Origin: Epithemia pelagica
Taxonomy: Eukaryota > Protista > Bacillariophyta
DNA length: 64,000 bases
Direction of reading: 5' to 3'
Assembly (NCBI GenBank): GCA_946965045.2
Contig: OX337242.1
Span: forward strand, 2,790,001-2,854,000
Each line of letters begins with the position of its first letter. Position 1 is the first letter of the stretch. The notes under the pieces were generated by a model. It did not search any database, was not told where the DNA came from, and saw only the letters and a program-made list of their open reading frames with translations. A program made the position numbers and the translations under genes. Shown here one piece after another: positions 54,888 to 64,000 of the stretch.

Positions 54888-57821
54888 ATGGAATTTGTCT
54901 TGGGCATTACCGATGTGGAACCGCGCTTGTGGAAGAACCAGGAACCATTGTGGGACGACGAACAGTTGATTGCCACCTCCAAGGATTCCTTTCTCCAGTT
55001 GGCGACTGAATTGTGCAATCACTCCCTCCAAAAACGCCGTCCCAACGATTACCATGTCAATGCACACGCGTGGAACTGGAAAGTCAGCTCGCTCCAGCAT
55101 CATCTCAAGACTGCGCAAGGCCGAGGCCTCGGTAGGATGGACGATGATAGTAGTAGTCCTAGTAAAAGTGAGGACCAAGATTCGGACAATGAAGATGCGT
55201 ACCGAGGTGGTCACTTGGTGGCACCCCGTGAACAGTTGAACATATACCGACAAGACTTGGAGGAGGACGAATATCAATTATTGGATGCGGCCAGGGAAAC
55301 ACTGAGTACCACCCTGCTTCCCCAAGACCACATTCTTCATTTTACCAACGACATGGGATCCACCACCCATTTGTATTGTAAAGTAGTGTCGGTTCGACCA
55401 CTGGTTGCGGGCACCATTCTTCGGTACCTTGGTCCCGCCGATTCGACGGCACAAGTTCAGCGAATGGAGGCTTTAGCGGCGTACAGTCTAACCAAAGAAC
55501 ACCAGATTGACTCATTCTATCCCAATTTTGCCAAGGCATTCTTGTCCAAACAAGTGGGGAGCATTACCTGGGGATTGTGCAGCAAGATTCGATCCGAACG
55601 GGACACGGTTTGGTGTTCCATGGAGAATGCCACGTGTAGCACTGACGTCTTTTTTGCGTCACAGACCTGTACCGACATGCAAGAGTTTCTAACGTTGGCC
55701 GAGGAGGCATGGACGCCCACAAAGCAAACAAAACGATACAATCCCAACTTTGTGTCGCGTCATGTGTTTCCGTCCGACTGCACGGGGGATGCTTCCTTTG
55801 AGCACATGACAGAGCGAAGCAACGATGAAAATGCCCAGTTTGGACCCAAACTTCTGTTGTTTCGAAAACCACGAGACGAATCCGTGGAGGAAACCAAGAC
55901 ATCTCCGTCCTTTGACTTTCGCAAGACCTTTCCCAGGACGTATGCTCACTTTACCAGTGGCAAGTTTCGCTGGATCAAATACAAAAATGGCATTTTGCGC
56001 GTCCTGGTGGGTCGCGCCACGGGCCACGACCATCGAGACTTTTCCTCGAATCAAATACTCGTGACGTGGCGTCGCATCTTTCGCACCCTTCACGAGCTCC
56101 TCTGTGCCGTGGAAGCCAGTTGGGTGTACGGGCCTTATCCCTTGGAGGCGGGCACGATTCTTGCCGGCATTGACGCGGATGTGGGGCCGTCCCATCCCCT
56201 GCCACCCGAACCAAAAGTGTTGGGAAGGAAACAAGATGCGGTGGTGGTCTCCCAGTGCAACGACCCGAACCACAAGATGATTACTGTCATGAAAATGGCT
56301 CAAGAGGATGATGGGAAGATGGTACTGTATTGTGGCCACGTGAATGGCATGCTCAACAAGTGGTGCCTCAAAACCAACCAGTTACTTTGGTCCAAACAAG
56401 TGTTTGAAGATTGCGCGGACGACTTCGAACATTTTACCGACTACATTGGTGTTCGGCTTAAAGCCACGGGTGGCGTGGCTGGCTTGGTGATTCGCCAGAA
56501 GGACGACGGGAAGCACCTCCTGTATGTTTGGACCCATGCCATTGATGGCGATGATCCATATCCATCGGTGGTCCACTGCCTCAATGGGAGCGATGGAAGC
56601 CTCGTGACGACCTATACCTGCCACGTCGGTCAAGACACGAAAGGAAGAGTCGCCTTTCCTTCCATTGCTACCATTGTCGCCGCTCCCTTGTGGAATAAAG
56701 ATGAAAAAGCATGGATGGACACCTTGGTGGTGGGCCTCCATTGCTCCCCGGGAGGTCACATCCAGTGGAACCAAGACTATTCCGATTTTGATCTGGACGC
56801 AGCCCAGGCTTGTGGCGAAGGAAACATTTTGCCATTTAATCTCTCCACCGGTAAACCTTTGGAAACATGGCGAGAACATACGGGAATCATTCGCGCCATG
56901 GCCGTCATGCTCCAAGACAAGTACCTCCTGAGTTACTCCATGCGCCATGGTCATGGCTTGCCGGATGCCATGGTCTTGTGGGACCTGCAGTATCCCGGCG
57001 TCCCGCTGTCACGATTTGATTTCTGGGACCCTTCCGCCTCGTTGCGGAAACAACAACAGTATCGACTCGACGATATTTCTGGTATAAGCAACTCGGGACC
57101 TTGCGTACTGTTTTTGGACGACAGCGCCGATCGAATTGCTGCTGTCAAGGTGAATCAGAATCGTCGCGGCGGCAAGGTCTCGTTGAGCATGGAGGGTTAC
57201 GCCCGTGTGGGTGCCAGGTACTCCGAAGAAGAGGACTTTCACGGGTCCATGGCACTGTCCGGGGGCAAAGTCGCTCTGTCGAATGAAGTCGACCACAATT
57301 GCTGGCTGTTTGATATTGAATCCGTCTGTTCCGATGCGCGCCTGGACAAACGTGATGGCAATCGTCAACTGTTGTTAGACGAGCAACAGGGTGACGACGA
57401 GGACAATCGGCAACAATTGGCACAACAGCTAGCACTGGGGAAAGTGGAATTTCCTCGCTTTGCCGGTTGTCCGCCGAAACGTAAAAAGCGTCGACTCGGA
57501 GCCTTTGGGAATGACGATAACTCGGTAGAAAGCAATGAGATACCGGCGGATGATATGGGGATTTGGATGACTGATACCGACGATGGCCAAGGGAATGGAG
57601 GACCGGTGGCCCATGCCATGTATGGGAAATGGCTCGTGGCCGGATACCTCAATGGGTCCATCGTCCGAGCTCCGCTCCTCCCTGACGAATTCGACGTGCC
57701 TCCGGAAACGATTGGTGGTACCAACGGCGTCGTTTCGTGCTCACGTTTGCCCAGCGATGAGTGGTTTTGCCCCTTCTTGGAGGCACATGTGGACAGACGA
57801 CGAAAACGACGAAAACGATGA
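54888..57821 (+). CDS. pRiA4b ORF3-like/propeller protein, copy B (inverted)
   Basis: Collinear with copy A. YD>ND change in the FTYDMG motif, and a basic instead of acidic C-terminus. Confidence 0.7.
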   Translation: MEFVLGITDVEPRLWKNQEPLWDDEQLIATSKDSFLQLATELCNHSLQKRRPNDYHVNAHAWNWKVSSLQHHLKTAQGRGLGRMDDDSSSPSKSEDQDSDNEDAYRGGHLVAPREQLNIYRQDLEEDEYQLLDAARETLSTTLLPQDHILHFTNDMGSTTHLYCKVVSVRPLVAGTILRYLGPADSTAQVQRMEALAAYSLTKEHQIDSFYPNFAKAFLSKQVGSITWGLCSKIRSERDTVWCSMENATCSTDVFFASQTCTDMQEFLTLAEEAWTPTKQTKRYNPNFVSRHVFPSDCTGDASFEHMTERSNDENAQFGPKLLLFRKPRDESVEETKTSPSFDFRKTFPRTYAHFTSGKFRWIKYKNGILRVLVGRATGHDHRDFSSNQILVTWRRIFRTLHELLCAVEASWVYGPYPLEAGTILAGIDADVGPSHPLPPEPKVLGRKQDAVVVSQCNDPNHKMITVMKMAQEDDGKMVLYCGHVNGMLNKWCLKTNQLLWSKQVFEDCADDFEHFTDYIGVRLKATGGVAGLVIRQKDDGKHLLYVWTHAIDGDDPYPSVVHCLNGSDGSLVTTYTCHVGQDTKGRVAFPSIATIVAAPLWNKDEKAWMDTLVVGLHCSPGGHIQWNQDYSDFDLDAAQACGEGNILPFNLSTGKPLETWREHTGIIRAMAVMLQDKYLLSYSMRHGHGLPDAMVLWDLQYPGVPLSRFDFWDPSASLRKQQQYRLDDISGISNSGPCVLFLDDSADRIAAVKVNQNRRGGKVSLSMEGYARVGARYSEEEDFHGSMALSGGKVALSNEVDHNCWLFDIESVCSDARLDKRDGNRQLLLDEQQGDDEDNRQQLAQQLALGKVEFPRFAGCPPKRKKRRLGAFGNDDNSVESNEIPADDMGIWMTDTDDGQGNGGPVAHAMYGKWLVAGYLNGSIVRAPLLPDEFDVPPETIGGTNGVVSCSRLPSDEWFCPFLEAHVDRRRKRRKR

Positions 57822-58208
57822 ATGACCTCGTCGACTACGAGGAGCTCGTGATTGTTACATTCAAATATACGCTGGATCGATCTATCGGAAGGGAGCACAA
57901 GACTCCTCTGTGCCCTTCTATAGAATAAAAGTGGGTTGGATTCTCCTTCTCATTGCTCGCCTCCTTTCATTGTTTCGATTCTTCCCATGCGGTGATGCAT
58001 TGCATTCGAAGAAACACAAACGCACACGAGCTCGATCATCATGTCTGCGGCACAAGTTGCGTCCCATCACCAACAGCCGTTGCACTACAGGCCACATTTC
58101 GTCATTATAGAGAATTACTTCTAGATTGGATCCATAGATTTGAATGATTGACCTTTTTTATAATTGTCGTTGTCTTGCCATGAGTTAAGTTCTGTATGGA
58201 ATAACTTA

Positions 58209-58415
58209 CTGGAACAGTAGTTTGCTCATCGACACTGCGTTTGAATCCAATCCACAAACAAGCTCATGGTAAACTTGAGTCACGTTGACAGAAGAAACGC
58301 ATTCTGGTTGCCGTCGTTGAATGGGCAGGGAAAATGCGTGCAAGTTGTCGGCTTTCACCAAACTACTTTGGGCGAAGCTCAAGGCCAACGTACACCAGAG
58401 AATCGATCGAGTCAT
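58209..58415 (-). pseudogene. First exon of a putative secreted protein cut by the duplication breakpoint
   Basis: Signal-peptide-like MTRSILWCTLALSFAQSSLVKA, ending at a CA|GTAAGT donor. The next bases belong to the duplicated block (~58203). Confidence 0.3.
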
Positions 58416-58868
58416 GGTCAAACACACTTCTGCAACGTTGCCGGCGCTGTAGCTGCTACCAGGCTTGGATTCACAATCGATATCCATGCTCGCGTTCGAT
58501 GTTTCATGTCAGCCACCACACAGGCATTGGACAAGGCGCTTTGTCATTGTCTTGTTCCTGTTCGTACCGTTGTACTACCCCCTCTATTTCAGAAATGGCA
58601 GAGAAAGGGCCAACCAGAATGCAATTCCCGAATCTAATACGCAATTTGCAATTTATACTTTGCTGGGTGTAAGTTAAAGTTACCCAACAACAAAGCCCAC
58701 CCAGACAGTTATTTTACTGGAGTTCATAGAAAGGCCCTTTGCGTTTGATCCTTTCAATAGGGTACAGTTTCGAGTCATTGATGACCCAGAGATTTGCTCC
58801 TCTTCTCACGAAAACCCGAGAAACTCGATCTGTTCATCGTGTCATTCCACGCATCAAGGAAAAGTAGT

Positions 58869-60335
58869 ATGACCATTAGCCGGTCGTTTCCCGTGTTGAC
58901 AACCAGGAAACAGACCAAGGTTCTGTTGTGTAGTGGTATATTAACATTGTATGTGTTGCACCAGGTTCTTTTCTTTGATAAAACACGACATGATGAATAC
59001 GTTTTGGATCAACACGTTTTGGAATCCGAGTTGAAATCCAATAAAAAGACCACTCCATCGAAAGCCATTCACTTCTCTTCTTGGGACAAAAATAGAACAA
59101 GTCCTGTTGAAACGTTTACGAACAGTCAATCCATTCGAGATCGAATTCGACCCTTATTTTCTTCCCACCCTTGGCGGCAGCAGGAGCAGCACTCGGTGGC
59201 AGATAACTCATCCAATCTGGTTGTGGTTCCAGTGTTTGAACACAACGATGCAGACAGTCCGTCCTACTTTGAAGTACCCTTGGTCACGGACCACCGTCAT
59301 AGAACAACGGAGAATGACAACGACGACGACAAGATGTATACCATTACAGTCTTTACCCAAGTCAGTGTTGACAAATTGCCCCGAGTCAGGAACGTTGTCC
59401 AACGATGGAGGGCACCCGTCAGCTGTGCCGTCTACCTGTCTACTGAACAGGATATGGACACCTTTATCGACTTTTTGGAGCAGCAACAACAGCAACATCT
59501 AGAGGATGGTATGAGGTGGACAAGTTTTGTAGCATTTCACGCCATGGTGGAGCCTCCTGTTGACAAGAACAAGAAACAAAAACAGTACCCTATTAACATT
59601 CTCCGTTCCTTGGCCCTCAAACACGTACAGACGGACTATGTATTCCTGCTAGATGTCGACTTTGTTCCAAGCGTGGGTGCACATGATCGAATCGCACGCA
59701 TGATGTAATCCATCGAACACCAAGAGCAGCGGCAGCAGCAGCAGGCCAAACACAACACCAACAACAACAATGAGGTCAGTCGACATGCCAAAACCATGTA
59801 CATTTTGCCAGCCTTTCAGCAGTTTCCAGAAAATGGTACCAATACCGTGAAGAATGTATCAACTGTACCCTGGACAAAGAAGGAGCTTCTGTATGCAATT
59901 CAGCAACACCGAGTGGATATATTCCTCAAGAAGTGGAAGCGTGCACATCTAGCTACAAACTTCCCACGCTGGTTGGTGCTGGGAGGCTCAGAAGGTGAAG
60001 AAGCAATCAATGAGCCCTATTGGGTGACATATACTTCGGAACATTTTGAACCCTATGTGGTTGTGCGAAAAGACTACTTGCCACTCTTTTTCCCCGAGTA
60101 TCGCGGGTTTGGGTTCAACAAGGCATCCTGGTTTGTGGAATGTGTGTTGCGGGACTTCAAGTTCCGAGTACTTCCCAATGACTTTGTGGTTCACATGAAT
60201 CATCCATATGGCAAACGGCGCAACAACTATCGCGCTTTATACAATGAGCACTTTTCTCAGTACCTGAAGAAGGTCTATGGGCTTGCAAAGTATAGACGCA
60301 TGAAGTTGCCTCTCAACCAAGGTTTTGTTTCGTGA
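58869..60335 (+). CDS. GT49 (LARGE/B4GAT1-like) glycosyltransferase; TAA at 59706 is either nonsense or inside a 75-bp intron (59705-59779)
   Basis: Signal anchor; TVFTQVSVDKL..VVQRWRAPVSCAVY; YPINILRSLAL..TDYVFLLDVDFVPS; YILPAFQ; FEPYVVV; YRGFGFNK; FRVLPNDFVVHMNH. Confidence 0.8.
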
Positions 60336-60699
60336 GTAGACTCAACAATGATTGTCACTTTATGTTGGAAGCAAGTTTAAGTTTTCTTAGTTCCAGTTAA
60401 GACACTTCTTTTCGATGAAGCACAAGGTCTGATGAAAGGAACTGACGCTCAAGGAAATGGTTCTCTTGTGTTTCGAGCCATTCGATGGTGGCTACGAAAG
60501 AAGCGCAAGGTCAAGGTGGTTGCCGTCTCGGCTGGAACGACTGTCAAGCTCTCCAACCTTTTTCCCACCAGATCCCCCTAGTAGGCAAAGTGTTTCAAGA
60601 ACAGCGACGGTCACCTACGTGAAATATAAAGAAGGTAGTCACGACAAGAAGATGTTGTATGCACCCTTTTTTCTGAATACACATGCTTGTTTGTGAGGG

Positions 60700-61225
60700 A
60701 TGTGGAGCAAGAAACTCGGAGCGACACCGACCCAGCACTATCCACAGAGTCCCAATTTCCGGATGCGGTGATCTACGGAAGACCTTTGTTTGCCTACTTC
60801 TATATCACAAATACGCTGGATCAGAAAAAGCTGACAGAATTTGCAAAGCGTTTGGTGTTGTCATCCGCAGACCATGGAAAAAATTTCTGCATGCAACAGC
60901 GTTTTGGGTGAGCAAGTGCAGATGGGATTCGTCAACTCCTTTGACACATTGACCGACCTCTTGAGCTCTAGAAACTCCTGTTTAGTTAGCAACAGTACCT
61001 GTACTTCTGCGGCGCAAGTGACCTTTATACCGGATCCTCTGTGCGCGACCCTGGCCATACGGTGGATGGACGAAAACTGGCAAGACGGGGAGCTCAAGGG
61101 CAACGGGAAGCATTTTTGGACTCAACGGGAAGAGAAGGCATTCACAACCACCAGATAAGGGGGACGCGGGCGAGATTTTTGCCGCTTTGTACATGCTTAT
61201 CTGCGGTGATGAGCTTCGAAAAGAG
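60700..61225 (+). pseudogene. Frameshifted fragment resembling GRPL[WF]...[SP][ED]P...KGxxGE proteins (Crinkler-type NTPase-associated region)
   Basis: AVIYGRPLFAY, TFIPDPLCATLAIRWM and DKGDAGEIFAALYMLICGDELR appear in order across three frames. Family recalled from motifs only. Confidence 0.35.
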
Positions 61226-61286
61226 ACTGACTCTGGACTCTCTTTCTGTTTCGTTGGACGAATAGCTTCGACTCTTGAAGTCCTGC

Positions 61287-62330
61287 TCACTCAACGTACA
61301 TGCGCGAAGACTCGTTCTCTATTGTGGACACGGTCACGAAAGCAGGCTTCGGCCACAGATCGCTATATTTTTGCTGCAGCTGGTTGGTCTTGCGTAAAGC
61401 TCCAAACTCTGAGTAGTATTTTATCGCCTCACGAAGGCGAAAGGCAGCCTCATCGTCGTCACCGATCTCCAATAAATACTGTCCAAAGCATTCCGAAAAC
61501 AATGCAGCATCGAATAGTAGGCCTCCTCGAGCTGCAATCACAATAGAAACCTGGAAACTCTTGATGGCGGCGAATTTCTTGCCAGCAAGAGTGGCAAATT
61601 GAGCATCCATAAAGGCGTCGAGATGAGCAACATTGGGGTTTCCCTTCTCAATCCAATTCTTCAAGCGGCGATGGATAGCTTGAGCATTTTTTCGATAGGC
61701 ACGATTCCCAGTTGCCCGAGCCGCGATAGCCGACGAGATGCCTTTGCAGATCACTTCGAACATAGCGATAGTGTAGGTCCCGGGATTTGACTTCACCGCC
61801 GTGTTGTTGCCATACTTCACGACTAATTTGGAGCATTCTTCATGCTTGCCGTAAATTGTTCGCACGTATCATTCCCATAGGAGGCAGTGATGGTAGTAAA
61901 ATGGGTCACATTTCATCCATTCTTCGTTATCTGCGACAGTACAGTACTCTCCTGATAGAGACAACGGATCAGTCTCGGTCCGCCCGGCCAGATTCATGAA
62001 CATCTGATAGTTTACCATTGTACTTCGATAGGCTACAAGGAAATCCAACTCCTTCATCTGCGGCATATAGATCTCGAGGTCAGCAATGCAGAGATCCAGC
62101 GAGAAGCTTGTCAAAAATCGGTTGTGATAGAACAGGTGTATTGCCCAGCAGGCACTCTCAGTGTCTCCAGATGATAATCCTAGCTCATATGCGCGAAGCG
62201 ATGGTTTGATCTGGTCTCGCATAGGCTGCGTCCATGCCAGCCCCATTCCATGAGCCACAAACAGTGTCCGCGCCTTTACTAGAGGCGACACTCGAGGCAG
62301 TAGTTCTACTGCTGTTCTAGCAAATTCGGA
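61287..62330 (-). pseudogene. C-terminal TPR-like helical region of an AAA_16/STAND-type signalling protein; 5'-truncated, in-frame TGA at 61869
   Basis: LRAYELGLSSGDTESA; QMFMNLAG; KGNPNV; IAARGGLLFDAALFSECFGQYLL...AIKYYSEFGALRKTNQLQQKY. Confidence 0.7.
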
Positions 62331-64000
62331 TCTGTTACCCGAGATTTCGACGCAAACGGCAAATCAAAACTTTGCGCTGATTTGTTGAAAATTATTAAAA
62401 CGTCGTCATGTTTTGATTTGTTGTTCGCCGGCATATCAAATTAAAACAAAATCCCCATATTTTTTCTATCATTTTTCATCGTTTACGACCACTGATTTTC
62501 TTACCTCACAGCACCGTCATACTCGTTGTTCTTTCGCTTCATCGAATCGTTGACAGCCTCCCTTCATACGTCCATCATGAAGAAGACAAAGACTTCATCC
62601 AAGCATAAGAGCAACTCTTCTCGTCGCAACCGACCTCCAGGAATCATTCATGTGTATCAATCCGCTCAGACTTCTATCCGACATGAGCCATACTGCTTTG
62701 ATACTGACGACTTCACATTACTTCTCTGTGAAATGTTCTCCCTGTGTCTACCAGGGGATGATGTTCAACAAGCCTTCATCCAACACAGTTTGCCGTACCT
62801 TAAATCTGTTCTTCGTCCTTTCTTAAGGCCAAGTGTCCCTCATATTCCTATTTTCATCATAGAAATCAAGCGGGGATTTAAAGAACTACAGTTGACACGT
62901 TCATCAATATCACATCATGACCTACGAATACAGGAAGCCATTCCTTTACAGCTGACGCATGAATTGCATGGTGTATTCATGCTAGACTGTACATTGTCCA
63001 GGACACACCGTAAACCAAGAATTCCGTACAACCAACCCTACTACGAAGTGATACACCGTACACGAACCTCCAGGGAATTCTGTTCTACTGAATTTGACCA
63101 CATTTTTCGCACCGTCATAATTATTTTCCCCTATGCATCAGTATTTTGGACAACTGCCTTTACCTCGGACAATTCCAAATTTCTTTGTGAACTACAGTGT
63201 GGCATTGGCAAATCTATCACCACTTTGTCACTTACTCCATTACCACTTTCCTGGTTACGTCTTGTTTATACAACTGGTGAACCAGCGTTGGGAAGCTTCA
63301 TCAAGTCTATAAACAAAGTATGGACAATCAATGATGTTGTTTCCAATGAATTGCCCAAAGTTATTCACAGCATTCAATTTGACGACGGTGATGTTGATAC
63401 TCCTCTTCTACCACCTGACTGTATCGGTGACAACATTATTAACAAAATCCAAGATCGCCGTACATTTTACCATGCTTTATTTGAAAAATCAGGATCCAAT
63501 AAAATTGGCTGTCGCAGATATGTCACTGGTGCACTGTATCGTTCCATCCGTGGTTCCTCGGCCTATGTTTTAAACCCAAGATCTGAAGAAAGACGAATCC
63601 ACGCATTCCAGACTACTATTTTGGACAGCAACAAACGGCCAGTTGGACAATCCTACATGGTCGTGTCCTATGTATCATTGTCTGAGAAGCTATATCATGA
63701 CTTTGCTTCTGTGGCAAACTTATACGTCTGAGACAAGAATGTTTCAAGCTGTGGGAACTCCAGGAGAAACACAGGAGACAACGGACAAATGAGTGGGTAT
63801 GGAATCACGTTCAACCGTTATCAGCAACAATTAAAATCAATACCAATCTCCATGGACAATACATCACTCAACAATAATGTAGGGCAGTTATGCTCCACGG
63901 TTGGGACAAGAATTCAACAACTCTATCCGGGAATATTGCCTTTGTTTACATCTTTGCGTAAACAGGCAGATATTGATGTCCCTCAAGATTTGGGTGGGAC
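62331..64000 (+). mobile_element. Probable left end of an AT-rich element that truncated the neighbouring gene; ORF 62526 to the window end with an in-frame TGA at 63729
   Basis: Abrupt loss of homology and compositional shift; CAAATC/GATTTG repeated near the boundary. The frame stays open after the TGA to base 64000. The far end is not visible. Confidence 0.4.

Noticed and set aside
1-64000. rRNA, tRNA, operon structure or prokaryotic origin of the window
   Set aside because: No such signatures seen; spliceosomal introns and eukaryotic TE families are present.

Overview
This is eukaryotic DNA with GT-AG introns, CAA/ACA-rich low-complexity coding and no rRNA, tRNA or CRISPR. The gene families point to a diatom or other stramenopile (inference). 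All family assignments come from motif reading by eye, with no database search. Bases 1-9.4 kb hold single-copy genes: a Lys/Ser-rich ORF running off the left edge, a large coiled-coil protein and a membrane protein with three internal repeats. Bases ~9.7-58.2 kb are a rearranged segmental-duplication array. It is built from a kelch gene (4 intact copies), a convergent pair of DXD/GT32-type and GT11-like glycosyltransferases, a pRiA4b-ORF3-like/beta-propeller gene and decayed fragments, in tandem (~7.1 kb period) and inverted arrangements. Two complete mobile elements sit in the same ~110-bp promoter of different repeat copies, and empty paralogous sites in the window define their ends exactly. 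The first is an 8.3-kb tyrosine-recombinase retrotransposon (23874-32190) with gag, a degenerate C5-MTase-like domain, RT, RNase H, MT and YR, and no visible ITR or split direct repeats. The second is a 6.9-kb hAT transposon (36337-43251; 14-bp TIRs, 8-bp TSD) carrying an endonuclease-III-like HhH-GPD DNA glycosylase gene convergent with its transposase; this is the most striking system in the window. The right end has a GT49 (LARGE-like) glycosyltransferase, two pseudogene fragments and the start of a probable third, AT-rich element whose ORF may be TET/JBP-like (weak, and cut by the window edge).
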